Shown here piece by piece: positions 8,747 through 19,177 of a stretch of 64,000 nucleotides of DNA. The DNA is from an uncultured bacterium. Its GTDB lineage: Bacteria > Patescibacteriota > Minisyncoccia > Phycocordibacterales > PALSA-1337. The translations under genes and the position numbers were made by a program. The stretch covers positions 15,275 to 79,274 of the forward strand of contig CAWKEA010000005.1 of the NCBI GenBank assembly GCA_963848635.1. The letters run 5' to 3'. The notes beneath the pieces were generated by a model, which ran no database searches, was not told the origin of the DNA, and saw nothing but the letters and a program-made list of their open reading frames with translations. The number at the start of each line of letters is the position of its first letter. The stretch's first letter is position 1.

Positions 8747-9853
8747 ATGCAGTTGACCATACAGCCCGATGGAAAGGCATTTGAGGCACTCGATGCGATC
8801 ATCGAATATGCCGTCGTTCACGGCGCTTCTGATGTCCATATCGATCCTGAAAAGGATGCTCTTGCCGTGCGCATGAGGATCGACGGCGTCTTGATACATT
8901 GCGCCACGGTCTCTTTGTCGTTCCACCAGGAACTGATCGCACGGATCAAGGTTCTGGCAAGATTGAGGCCTGACATACATCTGCTCGCCCAGGATGGCCG
9001 GTTTTCATATTCAAAAGAATCGTTTGGCGCTGTCGTCGATATGCGAGTTTCGATCATTCCGACTCATTTCGGCGAAAACGCGGTCATAAGGGTCTTGGCA
9101 GGCGGTAAAAATACGACAAGGCTCTCGTCTCTCGGCTTTTCACCTGACAACGAATCTACCATCCGTGAAGCGCTGACTCGCACTCAAGGCATGATACTCG
9201 TCACTGGACCGACCGGCAGTGGCAAAACGTCGACAATGTATGCCATGCTCCGAGAGCTTGTTTCTGAACAGCTATCCATCGTCACTCTCGAAGATCCGAT
9301 CGAGTATGCCATTCCCGGCATCCGGCAGATAGCTGTCGACCACCGCTATGGGATCAATTTTTCCAACGGTTTGCGCTCGCTCGTGCGCCAAGATCCAGAT
9401 GTCATAATGGTCGGCGAGATCCGCGACAAAGAGACGGCGCAGATAGCCACAAACATCGCTCTAACCGGCCACCTAATTATTTCAACGCTTCATACTGCCA
9501 ATGCTCTCGGCTCTGTAGTTCGTTTGGCGGATCTTGGCATTGATCCATATCTTATCGCGCACACTCTCTCTATCGTCATCGCTCAGCGCCTTATCCGCAC
9601 GCTGTGTATGACCTGCGACGGCATTGGGTGTCCCAGCTGCTTCCAAAAAGGCTACCGCGGCAGAACGGTGATAGCCGAAGTGCTTGAGATCGACGACGAG
9701 ATGCGCGCTTATATCTCGATAAAGATGCCCTTGGCTGAAATTGCCCGCCATGCTCGCGTCAAGGGCATGGTCACCATGCGCGATCATGCCGCGGAAAAAA
9801 TCGATTGGGGAGCGACAACCCTTGAAGAAGTCAAACGAGTATTGGATCTGTAA
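8747..9853 (+). CDS. GspE/PilB-family assembly ATPase lacking the N-terminal extension
   Basis: ASDVHIDP, RIDG, GPTGSGKT, TLEDPIEY, RQDPDVIMVGEIRD and STLHT. Confidence 0.93.
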   Translation: MQLTIQPDGKAFEALDAIIEYAVVHGASDVHIDPEKDALAVRMRIDGVLIHCATVSLSFHQELIARIKVLARLRPDIHLLAQDGRFSYSKESFGAVVDMRVSIIPTHFGENAVIRVLAGGKNTTRLSSLGFSPDNESTIREALTRTQGMILVTGPTGSGKTSTMYAMLRELVSEQLSIVTLEDPIEYAIPGIRQIAVDHRYGINFSNGLRSLVRQDPDVIMVGEIRDKETAQIATNIALTGHLIISTLHTANALGSVVRLADLGIDPYLIAHTLSIVIAQRLIRTLCMTCDGIGCPSCFQKGYRGRTVIAEVLEIDDEMRAYISIKMPLAEIARHARVKGMVTMRDHAAEKIDWGATTLEEVKRVLDL

Positions 9854-9917
9854 GATATCGGGCATGCAGAGCGCTCGTCATGATTATTACCGATCGATGA
9901 CGCGCGCAAATTGCACT

Positions 9918-10994
9918 ATGTTAAAAAATCTCATCAAAAAAATAAAATGTCCCAGACTCTCCATGAAGGAACAAGCGCTTTTTGCCGATCGGCTTGCTCT
10001 CCTCCTCGGCGTATCGATGTCATTGCCAGAATCAATAGCGGCATTGCGGCATACTTTTGGCGCGCGGCGAGAATTATCTTTGATTGACCTTCAGCATCGC
10101 CTTACCGACGGCTCGAGCTTTGAATCAGCCCTCCATGCTTCTCGTCTTGGCTTTTCCCGCATGATCATCCTGGCCGCACGAATCGGTGAACGGAGTGGCA
10201 CCCTTTCTGATTCGCTTCATGCGGCCGCCGGACGGATCGAGCGCGGCCGTGGCGTCAAAAGCGCCTTGATCTCGACGCTGACATACCCAATCATCATTTT
10301 TATTGTCTCATCTGCCGTCATTGCTTTTCTTGTCTTCTTCATAATGCCGAGGATTATGCCGACCATCCAAAGCCTTCATGTGCCGTTGCCGGCTGTCACT
10401 GTATTTTTCATATCGATATCGCATTTTCTCGCCAGCGAATGGTGGAAAATCGCTCTAGAAGCCATTTTGGCCGCGTATCTTATTTTTTTCTTTTACAAGA
10501 AATCTGTCTCATCCAGGAATTTTATCCAGAGATGCATCTTATGGATCCCGATCGTCTCAAAGGCCATCCGTGCCCACACGCTCTCTGAAATATTCGATAC
10601 GATTTCGACGCTTGTTTCAGCAGGCTGTCCTTTCATTGAAGCCGCGGCTGAAACTGGTCATTCCATCAGCCTTATCCCGTACCAAAAGGCCTTGTCGGAT
10701 GCCGTCGCTCATATGCAAAGCGGATCTGGATTTTCATCCATGCTGAGGCGTCGTGCACGCCTATTTCCTTCTCTTGCAGTCGATAGCATCGCTATCGGTG
10801 AACAGACAGGGAACATGGAGATCGTCTTGCCGCAGATAAGCGATCACTATAGCCGCGAGTTGCAGTCTGCGTTGGCTGGTTTTTCAAGGCTGATCGAGCC
10901 CGCCCTCATGATCGCCGTCGGAATCATCGTCGGCGCCGCGGCCTTATCGATCGTCCTGCCAATATATGAGATTTCACAGCATCTGTCTGGATAA
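9918..10994 (+). CDS. GspF/PilC-family inner membrane platform protein
   Basis: GERSGTL, LTYP, GEQTGNM and LIEPALM...IVLPIY. Confidence 0.9.
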   Translation: MLKNLIKKIKCPRLSMKEQALFADRLALLLGVSMSLPESIAALRHTFGARRELSLIDLQHRLTDGSSFESALHASRLGFSRMIILAARIGERSGTLSDSLHAAAGRIERGRGVKSALISTLTYPIIIFIVSSAVIAFLVFFIMPRIMPTIQSLHVPLPAVTVFFISISHFLASEWWKIALEAILAAYLIFFFYKKSVSSRNFIQRCILWIPIVSKAIRAHTLSEIFDTISTLVSAGCPFIEAAAETGHSISLIPYQKALSDAVAHMQSGSGFSSMLRRRARLFPSLAVDSIAIGEQTGNMEIVLPQISDHYSRELQSALAGFSRLIEPALMIAVGIIVGAAALSIVLPIYEISQHLSG

Positions 10995-10999
10995 CAGCA

Positions 11000-12334
11000 A
11001 TGTCGAAATATGCACCATTATCAGGTTTTCTTGTTCTAGAAGCGATGATCGCGCTCGCCTTGTTTTCTATATGCGTCAGTTCGACGATAGTCCTGTCATG
11101 GAGCTCGCACAGGATGTTCGATGAGGCATATGAAAGACAGGCGCTTCTAAGCTCGCTCTCGTCAGTGATAGCAGACCCATCACGCATTGATCCTGAATCT
11201 GTTCGTTACACATACGGAAACGACGCGACAATCACGACGATCTCTTCTTCTACAGATCAGATCGCTGTCGGAAGCACCTCCATCTCATTTTCCATCCTCG
11301 AGCCTGACACTTTTTCCGCATACGGCAAAGACACATGTCCGCCCACCCTCGATTTTTTGAACCAGATATCATTGCCGATAACTGTTCCTCTTCCGATATC
11401 GCCAGCAAATCTCATCACAGGCTTGTCCGTAAAAGACGGTTTTGCCTATATATCGACTAACTCAAAAAACGCCACTGACCCTGATCTATTCATCATCGAT
11501 GTACGCGACCTGGAGAGCCCAAAGATCGTCTCGTCATTGGACACCGGTCCAGGTCTCAATGCTCTTGCTGTCGCCGGACCATATGTATTCGGGGCAAATG
11601 AGAGTTCGACTGACCAGCTCCAGGTCATTGATATCCATGATCGTTCTCACCCTATGCTCGTGGCTCAGGCAAAAGTGCCGCTCGATATCTCTTCGTCCTC
11701 CGCGCCCTATGGCTCAGCTGTCTTCTATGACAAAGGCTTCATCTACCTCGGCACCGAGAAAGGCGACAGCCCAGAATTCACGATATGGAACGTCGCCGAT
11801 CCTATCCATCCGACCCTGGCAGGCAGATATGAGATAGGGAACAAGGTCGAAAAAATAGCCGTCCAAGGCACCCGCGCATATGTTGGTGGTACGGGTTCCA
11901 ATCAGCTCATTTTTTTCGATATTTCCAACCCGACGAATCCTTCGCTCGTCGACATTGCGGCGTTGCCGGGCTTTCAGACCCAGAGCGCCGAGGCGCTCGA
12001 CGTGTTCGAAGGTGATACAGCGCTCGGCCGCGACACAGGCGGCTTCGACAATAAGGCTAATCCAGAGTTCATCCTCTTTGATACGAATATGATGGAAAAA
12101 AGCTCATTCGATGAACCCGGCGGTATCTACGGCATCATCGCACGACCGCCATATTTTATCGTCTTGACTCGCCGCTCATCAGATCAATTGCGCTTTGACA
12201 GCGAAAATGGCACGACCAGCGACGCGTACGACATTCCCGGTTCTCCTGTCGCATTATCGTGCGATTGGGGAAACATATATATTGCATCGAACAACCAACC
12301 GACTATCTCTTTGATCAAAGATCTCCATGATTAA
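11000..12334 (+). CDS. Pilin-signal protein with LVIVD-like beta-propeller repeats
   Basis: G|FLVLE prepilin motif; repeats LFIIDVRD..SP, LQVIDIHD..HP, FTIWNVAD..HP and LIFFDISNPTNP. Confidence 0.78.
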   Translation: MSKYAPLSGFLVLEAMIALALFSICVSSTIVLSWSSHRMFDEAYERQALLSSLSSVIADPSRIDPESVRYTYGNDATITTISSSTDQIAVGSTSISFSILEPDTFSAYGKDTCPPTLDFLNQISLPITVPLPISPANLITGLSVKDGFAYISTNSKNATDPDLFIIDVRDLESPKIVSSLDTGPGLNALAVAGPYVFGANESSTDQLQVIDIHDRSHPMLVAQAKVPLDISSSSAPYGSAVFYDKGFIYLGTEKGDSPEFTIWNVADPIHPTLAGRYEIGNKVEKIAVQGTRAYVGGTGSNQLIFFDISNPTNPSLVDIAALPGFQTQSAEALDVFEGDTALGRDTGGFDNKANPEFILFDTNMMEKSSFDEPGGIYGIIARPPYFIVLTRRSSDQLRFDSENGTTSDAYDIPGSPVALSCDWGNIYIASNNQPTISLIKDLHD

Positions 12335-12530
12335 AATCCACATGAACATAAACAGGCGACAAAAATATGTCTGGACATCTGACAGTTCAGGGTTCACCTT
12401 GGTCGAGGTGATCGTCTATATAGCGATCTTCAGCATGATAGCTGTCACCTTGATTTCGCTTGCATATATTTCGTCCGTGGAAGACCACAAAACGATCCAA
12501 GCTGTGATAAATGCGTATGAAAATATTTGA
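12327..12530 (+). CDS. Very short type IV pilin-like protein
   Basis: G|FTLVEVIVYIAIF N-methylation motif; overlaps both neighbours. Confidence 0.75.
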   Translation: MIKIHMNINRRQKYVWTSDSSGFTLVEVIVYIAIFSMIAVTLISLAYISSVEDHKTIQAVINAYENI

Positions 12531-12927
12531 TTGGAACACACAAAAAAATAAGACCCGGCAAACTCATATTCGAGGCTTCATGGCCGTCATCCTGGTCATA
12601 TCTTTCATGCTTGTGACAATGCTTGCTTCTCTCGGCGCTTTTGCTGTGGCAGAAAGCTATGATGACTCTGTGTCGCGCCGCGAACATAGGATGAGGGCTG
12701 GGATCGATGCGAGTTCGTGCGTCTCAGTTGCCCTGCTGGCCTTCGCCCATGATTATTTCTATACAGCAAAGAATCAAGCCGTGACTTATTTTTCCTGCAG
12801 TATAGTCTCCGCCGTCAGAAGCGGATCGGTGATATCGATTGCCGCCTCAGGCTATGATGGCGGCATCACTGAATCGATTTCAGCTAGAGCAGAAGATAAC
12901 GGCAGGTCCATCACTACGGACGAATAA
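12511..12927 (+). CDS. PilX/GspK-like minor pilin
   Basis: RG|FMAVILVI hydrophobic N-terminus without Glu5; last gene of the pilus cluster. Confidence 0.55.
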   Translation: MRMKIFDWNTQKNKTRQTHIRGFMAVILVISFMLVTMLASLGAFAVAESYDDSVSRREHRMRAGIDASSCVSVALLAFAHDYFYTAKNQAVTYFSCSIVSAVRSGSVISIAASGYDGGITESISARAEDNGRSITTDE

Positions 12928-12959
12928 TGGCTCCCTGATCGAGAGGTATGATCGGCGAT

Positions 12960-13656
12960 TCAATCCATCACATTCCACCAGCCGGATATATGTCCACGGC
13001 CAACGATGCGAACCACAGCCTCCAAATCGTCGGTTATCGTAAAAAGACCCATGTCTTCTTCGCTTATCGTATGATGGTGCTCAAGCATCTTGGCCTTCAT
13101 CAGATCCCGCAAAGGCTCCCAGAAAATCCTTGCCGACGAGAATGATCGGCACACGGGGTATCTTTTCTGTTTGGGTGAGATTGAGGATATTGAACAGCTC
13201 GTCCGAGGTGCCGTAACCGCCGGGAAAAAAGACAAATGCCTCGGCCGAGAACGTCAACATGGCTTTTCTGATGAAAAAATAATTGAATTTGTAGCTCTCT
13301 TGCACGTATTTGTTCGTGACCTGGCCTCGAGGAAAATTTATAGTCAACCCCAACGTCGTGCCTCCTGCTTCGGACGCCCCTTTCGACGCCGCCTCCATGA
13401 TGCCGGGCCCTCCGCCGGTCACGATAGTATAGCCCAGCTCTCTGACTATTTTTGCCGCAAGCTTTTCAGCCTGCTGAAAATGGAAGCTGTCTGGCTTTGA
13501 CCTGGCCGAGCCGAATACGACCACCGATCTTTGATATTTTTTCAGGATCTCAAAGCCTGCCTTGAACTCCTTGCCGATTTCACGGATATGGTCGTATATG
13601 TTCTTGTTGATCTCATCCGGCGATAGCTGGCCGGGATATTTTGCCTCTGGTTTCAT
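12960..13656 (-). CDS. LOG/TIGR00730-family Rossmann-fold protein with a single-base frameshift near 13123-13126
   Basis: FGSAR, TGGGPGIMEA and PGGYGT. The C-terminus (FWEPLRDLM...TDDLE) continues in another frame after a T4 run. Confidence 0.85.
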
Positions 13657-13746
13657 AGTGCAAGTATAGACGAGAATGACAAAAAATAAAAGGCAAAAGC
13701 GGCTTTTCGATTTCTGTCTTTTATCATTCTGGTGTATCATCCTCTC

Positions 13747-15021
13747 ATGCCGTTCTCATTCCGCATAGAAAATAAATTGAAGGGGACTCGCGCTCGCGCC
13801 GGTCTCATCCGGACGCCGCATGGCGACATCAAAACGCCAGCCTTTATCGCCGTTGGCACCAAGGCTACGGTCAAGGCTCTGACGCCGGATACGCTTGAAT
13901 CTATCGGCGTAGAAGCCGTGTTGGCGAATACGTATCATCTCTACCTAGAGCCAGGCCAGGAGATATTGAAAGCCGCGGGTGGTTTTGCGCCATTCATGAA
14001 CTGGAAAGGTCCGACCATGACTGATTCCGGCGGTTTTCAAGTCTTTTCGCTCGGCGCCGCCTATGAAAAAGGAAAGTCAAAAGTCGGGAACACCAAAACT
14101 GCTTTCGATACTGCAGTTTTCTCTGGCCGTGCAGAACACGTTTCGGAGGATACAATCCGTCCCGATAGGGTCGTTCATTGCTCGCCAGTTCCCGATGATT
14201 CAATTCTATCTCCTCATTCCTCCCTGGCAAAAATTGACGAGAACGGCGTCGCCTTCACATCCGTCATCGATGGCAGTCCTCATTACTTTACCCCTGAAAA
14301 ATCTATACAGATCCAGCACGATCTCGGCGCCGACATCATCGTAGCTTTTGACGAGTGCACTGCAGTAGACGAGCCTTTTGAATATCAAAAAGAGGCCATG
14401 GAACGAACGCATCGCTGGGCCGCTAGGAGCCTAGCCGAGCATAAAAGGCTCGGCGGCGAACAGGCGCTCTCTGGCGTCGTCCAAGGCGGCCGTTTCGAAG
14501 ATCTGCGCAAGCAAAGCGCGCGAGCGATCTCCTCGATGGATTTCGATGGCTTTTGCATCGGCGGCTCATTCGACAAAGACGATATATACAAGGCTGTCGA
14601 ATGGGTCACTGACATCTTGCCGGAGGAAAAGCCGCGGCATCTTCTCGGCATGGGCGAGATCATCGACCTCTTCGAGGGCATCGAGCGCGGCATTGATACA
14701 TTTGATTGCGTCTCTCCGACGCGCCTTGCTAGGAATGGCGCATTATATACTCGCCACGGCCGTATCAATATCTTGAACGCTCAATATGTCCGAGATCTTT
14801 CACCGATAGATTCCGAGTGCGGCTGTCCCGCTTGTAAAAATTATTCTCGCGCTTACATCGCGCACCTTTTCAGGGCAAGGGAAATACTCGCCTCCGTTTT
14901 AGCCAGCCAGCACAACCTTTATTTTATCGTCAATCTGGTCAAGGAGATGAGAGACAGTATACTCGATGGGACTTTTTTGTCTTTCAAGGAAGAATATTTG
15001 AAGAGATATCATGCAAACTAA
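13747..15021 (+). CDS. tgt: tRNA-guanine transglycosylase
   Basis: LANTYHL, TDSGGFQVFSL, FDECT, QGG, DTFDCVSPTR and the Zn site CGCPAC...H. Confidence 0.95.
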   Translation: MPFSFRIENKLKGTRARAGLIRTPHGDIKTPAFIAVGTKATVKALTPDTLESIGVEAVLANTYHLYLEPGQEILKAAGGFAPFMNWKGPTMTDSGGFQVFSLGAAYEKGKSKVGNTKTAFDTAVFSGRAEHVSEDTIRPDRVVHCSPVPDDSILSPHSSLAKIDENGVAFTSVIDGSPHYFTPEKSIQIQHDLGADIIVAFDECTAVDEPFEYQKEAMERTHRWAARSLAEHKRLGGEQALSGVVQGGRFEDLRKQSARAISSMDFDGFCIGGSFDKDDIYKAVEWVTDILPEEKPRHLLGMGEIIDLFEGIERGIDTFDCVSPTRLARNGALYTRHGRINILNAQYVRDLSPIDSECGCPACKNYSRAYIAHLFRAREILASVLASQHNLYFIVNLVKEMRDSILDGTFLSFKEEYLKRYHAN

Positions 15022-15052
15022 CATCTTCTGCTTTATTTTTTTGGATAGGCCT

Positions 15053-15904
15053 CTATTTTATCGCAATACCATATGCCGGCGCTTCCTCCGCGTATAGCTC
15101 TTTGACTGTTCCCATGCTGATATATTGGTTGTATATGCGGACTTGGTCTATCGAACCAGTGAAATTCTCTCCTGTGCCGTCAGATCTTTGGCCAATGTAG
15201 CCAGCATAGGTGTTATTAGTTGAAATGCCAAAGCTCGATGGCGATGTGTAGGCGTTTGGAACTATTTTTCCATTCACATAGAATGTACCGGCATCGGTCG
15301 CTCCGTTTTTTGTATAGACTATCTGGGTCCATGTGTTGACAGGCACATAACCGCCCCCTGTACAAGCAACGTACACACCAGGCTTGTATACCTCGATGCT
15401 TCCGTATGCATAGCAACTGACGGAAGACGAGTTGATTCCAAAGGTAAATTCTCTGCTTATATTTTGGATCGAAAAGATAGTTTGGCGGTCGTATGCTGGA
15501 TCAGTGGTCTTTACCCATGCCGAGATAGTGAATACATCGCTATTTTGTCCAATAGTATTGAGTGAATTAGGTACGTTAATAATCGCGTACCCATTTACTC
15601 CGTTGAATGCAAGCGCGCTTCCTGAGACACCCGGCGTCCATGTCGCTCCTGACGCAGATAACACTGCGTTGTTATTGTTCCCTGATGTGTCATATGCTGT
15701 CGTGCCGCTATTTTCATCAAAATTCCACAGAGCTACCGCATTGGCGCCAAGAGAATGGTAGACAGCAGTATCAAACTCCAGAGAGGCGGCAGTCATTCCT
15801 TTTGTCCGCGCGTTACTGAGTGCCGCGAGAATAATGCTCGACAAAAGACCTATTATTGAGATGACGACGAGAAGCTCGATGAGGGTAAAGCCGCGCGATT
15901 TCAT
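15053..15904 (-). CDS. Type IV pilin-signal protein with LamG/concanavalin-like domain
   Basis: RG|FTLIELLVVISIIG, WNFDENSG, FTISAWVK and FTGSIDQVRIYN. Confidence 0.88.
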   Translation of the reverse strand: MKSRGFTLIELLVVISIIGLLSSIILAALSNARTKGMTAASLEFDTAVYHSLGANAVALWNFDENSGTTAYDTSGNNNNAVLSASGATWTPGVSGSALAFNGVNGYAIINVPNSLNTIGQNSDVFTISAWVKTTDPAYDRQTIFSIQNISREFTFGINSSSVSCYAYGSIEVYKPGVYVACTGGGYVPVNTWTQIVYTKNGATDAGTFYVNGKIVPNAYTSPSSFGISTNNTYAGYIGQRSDGTGENFTGSIDQVRIYNQYISMGTVKELYAEEAPAYGIAIK

Positions 15905-15911
15905 AGTTTTT

Positions 15912-16919
15912 TTATAGTTCTTTCGGTCTATAATCAACCGGTGCTTTCTTTAGCCAATCTTCCAGCTCTTGGCGAGATAGAAGGCCTTCTTGGGCGCCGA
16001 TATATTGCACGACCGAAGCAGAATTAATGGGAGCCCAGGCAAGAGCCTCGAGCGACGTTTTTCCGAGAGCGAGCGCGGCGACGAAAGTTGAAGAAAATGC
16101 GTCTCCCGCACCAGTGCGCTCATAAGGCGGTTTCGGATCGGGGTAGAGCGGCATGAGATATAACTTGCCCTGGTCGAAAAGATATGCACCATTTGGTCCA
16201 TCGGTGAGAAGCACTATTTTGGGACCGAGAGCCGCAAGCCGCTCGCACAGGTTTTTTATGTCACGACTGCCTTCTGACGCGCCGAGTATCCTCTGTGCCT
16301 CCTCGACATTCACTGCAAAGACCTCCGTACGCGCATAGATCCTTTTTAATTTTTCTATGCCAAGCTCCATCTGAAACGTTCCGGGCTGAAAAGCGAGCTT
16401 GACATCGCTATTTCTTTCAAGATACTTCGCGATTTCGTCATGAAAGGGTGCAGAGGATACCCCCATCGATGACAGATAGAGCCATTTCGGCGCGGAAAAT
16501 TTCGGCAGAGAATAATCGAAATCTTCATGTTTGACAAGGATCGTCCGTTCGGCTCCATACCAAAGGACGTAATGGTAGTTGGTTTTTTTGCCTTTTTGCT
16601 CGGCTATAAAATCCGTCGAGACTTCGTTCGATCGAAGGGTGCGCTCGCATTCCTTGCCGCGTTCGTCTTTGCCGACGTTCGTCACAAGCGCCGCCGGAAG
16701 CCCGAGCCGAGCCGCCGCCACAGCGGCATTTGCCGCGTTGCCGACGCCTGCGATGACTGTATCGAATTCAAATGGGATCTTGTCGCCGAATTTCATGCAT
16801 ATCTCGCAGTCCTTGTCGTCAAGCCTGCAATTGACGTGAGCATCTTTTAATTTGACGAACGCGTCGATGACGACATCGCCTATAGCGATAAAATCGCTTT
16901 TTTTCTTGAAAATAGACAT
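15912..16919 (-). CDS. PfkB-family carbohydrate kinase
   Basis: GNAANAAVAAARLG, NVEEA and RTGAGDAF; divergent from fba. Confidence 0.9.
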   Translation of the reverse strand: MSIFKKKSDFIAIGDVVIDAFVKLKDAHVNCRLDDKDCEICMKFGDKIPFEFDTVIAGVGNAANAAVAAARLGLPAALVTNVGKDERGKECERTLRSNEVSTDFIAEQKGKKTNYHYVLWYGAERTILVKHEDFDYSLPKFSAPKWLYLSSMGVSSAPFHDEIAKYLERNSDVKLAFQPGTFQMELGIEKLKRIYARTEVFAVNVEEAQRILGASEGSRDIKNLCERLAALGPKIVLLTDGPNGAYLFDQGKLYLMPLYPDPKPPYERTGAGDAFSSTFVAALALGKTSLEALAWAPINSASVVQYIGAQEGLLSRQELEDWLKKAPVDYRPKEL

Positions 16920-17011
16920 GCCGTAATTATAGCAAACAATTGCAAAAAATCCTGGGGATATTGTCCTTTTTTCATATTCAGATATGGGAAACAGTATGAT
17001 ACAATGAAATC

Positions 17012-17905
17012 ATGAAATCGCTCAAAGAACACATCCTCGAAACCCGCACGAACGGCGTCGCTGTCGGCCACTTCAATATCTCGACCATTGACGGCATCTG
17101 GGCGGTAGCAGATGCGGCAAAGGAGCTTGATGTCCCCGTCATCATCGGCGTCTCGGAGGGCGAACGCGATTATATAGGTGTTAGACAGGCTGTAGCTGTC
17201 GTTAAATCGATCAGGGAGGATCGTAGCCAGCCAATATTTATAAATGCAGACCATACGTATAGCTATGAAAAGATAGTCGAGGCCGTCGATGCTGGATTCG
17301 ACGCGGTTATCTTTGATGCGGCAAAGCTACCGTTTGAGGAGAATGTGGCCGCGACAGTGAAATGCCTTGCCTATGCCAAGAAAAAGAATCCGAGCATCGT
17401 ATTTGAGGCCGAACTCGGCTATATCGGCCAGTCATCTCAGGTGTTAACGGCTGTTCCGGCCGGTGTGCAGTTGACGCTTCCTGACGAGGCAAGGCGTTTT
17501 GTCGAGTTGACCGGCATCGATATGCTCGCTCCGGCCGTCGGTAATTTTCACGGGCTCCTCGAAGCTGGCATGTCAGCGACGCTGGCGGCGAAAAAGATCG
17601 ACCCAAAGCGCATCAAGGAGATCAGCGAGGCCACAGGCCTTCCGCTTGTCCTCCATGGAGGCTCCGGTCAGGGTGACGATCTCGTCCAAAAGGCGATCAA
17701 AGCCGGCATCAATATTGTCCATGTCAATACCGAGCTTCGGGTCGCTTATCGGACAGGTTTGATGAAGTCGCTGTCAGAAAATCCAGACGAGGTCGCCCCT
17801 TACAAATACATGAAACCGGCCAAATTGGCCATGCAAGCTGTTATTATGCAAAAACTCAAGGTTTTCAACATGATCTCGTTGCCACCAACAAGCAAAATGC
17901 TATAA
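17012..17905 (+). CDS. fba: Class II fructose-bisphosphate aldolase
   Basis: NADH, EAELGYIG, AVGNFHG, LVLHGGSG and VNTELR. Confidence 0.92.
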   Translation: MKSLKEHILETRTNGVAVGHFNISTIDGIWAVADAAKELDVPVIIGVSEGERDYIGVRQAVAVVKSIREDRSQPIFINADHTYSYEKIVEAVDAGFDAVIFDAAKLPFEENVAATVKCLAYAKKKNPSIVFEAELGYIGQSSQVLTAVPAGVQLTLPDEARRFVELTGIDMLAPAVGNFHGLLEAGMSATLAAKKIDPKRIKEISEATGLPLVLHGGSGQGDDLVQKAIKAGINIVHVNTELRVAYRTGLMKSLSENPDEVAPYKYMKPAKLAMQAVIMQKLKVFNMISLPPTSKML

Positions 17906-17912
17906 TGCCGTC

Positions 17913-18140
17913 ATGTCTGACGAAGTCCAATTTGATACTGATGTGCAGAACAGTTCCATGTACCGGCCATCGCCGACAGCAGGGTTCGGACAAGTTGCAG
18001 TCGGTGAGGCCTCGGGCATGGCGGGTTGGCTCATACGGCATGGCTTTGCGAAAACTCCCGCGGCCGCGCAAGGCATCATGGCCGCTATCGTCGTCGTAAA
18101 CATCGTTGCAATATTTATCATAATAAAATATTTTCTATGA
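17913..18140 (+). CDS. Small protein with C-terminal TM helix
   Basis: 75 aa; TGCTATAAT sits 6 nt upstream of the ATG. Confidence 0.65.
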   Translation: MSDEVQFDTDVQNSSMYRPSPTAGFGQVAVGEASGMAGWLIRHGFAKTPAAAQGIMAAIVVVNIVAIFIIIKYFL

Positions 18141-18241
18141 AGACACCTCAGGCAAAATTGCCCTTATCCATCTACATCGTCCTCATTTTGGCTTTCGTGG
18201 GAAATGTCGTCGCAACGTATCTGATCATAAGATTCTTATAA
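18137..18241 (+). CDS. 34-aa membrane peptide
   Basis: ATGA overlap with the previous stop; resembles the previous protein's C-terminus. Confidence 0.45.
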   Translation: MKTPQAKLPLSIYIVLILAFVGNVVATYLIIRFL

Positions 18242-18348
18242 GATCCCGCGCTACGCGATAAAGGTAACCTACAAATTGTCCGCTCTATATTTTCAAGATA
18301 GTGCACGGATATTTGCATTTTCCGGGCTATGAGTGTAATATACCAACC

Positions 18349-19050
18349 ATGTTGTCATTAATCGTCGAACGCCGTCAGATCGGCAAAGCTGGCGTCAAAA
18401 ATGAAAGTCTCCGAAAGACGGGCAAAATTCCGGCTGTCTTTTACGGTCCAAAGGAAAAATCGACCTCAGTAGCCGTTTCTTTGGCTGAGTTCAAAAAAAT
18501 CTGGAGAAACGCGGGCGAATCGTCGGTCGTCGTCCTCAAAGACGGCACAAGCGAGCACGAGGCTCTCATTCATGATGTCGACATCCATCCTGTCACGGGA
18601 ATCCCTCGTCATGCCGATTTTTATGTCATTGAAAAAGGCAAGAAAGTCAAAGTCCGCACTCCTATCGTATTTGAAGGCTTTTCTCCTGCCGTAAAAGACA
18701 AAGGCGGCATTTTGGTCAAAGTTTTGCGCGATATCGAGATCGAAGCAGCGCCAAAAGACCTCCCTCATGAGATAAAAGTAGACATTTCGTCTCTCGTCGA
18801 GCTGAATAGCGCTATCCATGCATCGGACATACAGTTGCCTCACGGCGTCACCCTCGTCACCAAGGCCGAAGAGATCGTGGCTTCCATAGCTGAAGCAAAA
18901 GAAGAAGTCGAGGAAGCGCCTCAGGCAATCGACATGTCGACCATCGAAGTCGCCACAAAGGGCAAGGAGGTCAAGGAAGGCGAGGCTGGCGCGGTTGCAA
19001 ATGAAAAGGAGGGCACAAAAGGCGCTCCCGCAAAAGAAGATAAAAAATAG
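18349..19050 (+). CDS. rplY: 50S ribosomal protein L25/Ctc
   Basis: GKIPAVFYG, HPVTG..RHADFY and LPHEIKVDIS. Confidence 0.93.
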   Translation: MLSLIVERRQIGKAGVKNESLRKTGKIPAVFYGPKEKSTSVAVSLAEFKKIWRNAGESSVVVLKDGTSEHEALIHDVDIHPVTGIPRHADFYVIEKGKKVKVRTPIVFEGFSPAVKDKGGILVKVLRDIEIEAAPKDLPHEIKVDISSLVELNSAIHASDIQLPHGVTLVTKAEEIVASIAEAKEEVEEAPQAIDMSTIEVATKGKEVKEGEAGAVANEKEGTKGAPAKEDKK

Positions 19051-19177
19051 ACAGGGAGCGGCAAGACAAGAAATTAGACGTCCCAAAATCGGGCGTTTTT
19101 TTGATCGATGCATCTTTTAAAGCTCCTCGAGCTTTTCGGCGCCCATCTCTTGAGATTTTACGTGATATAATGTGCCT

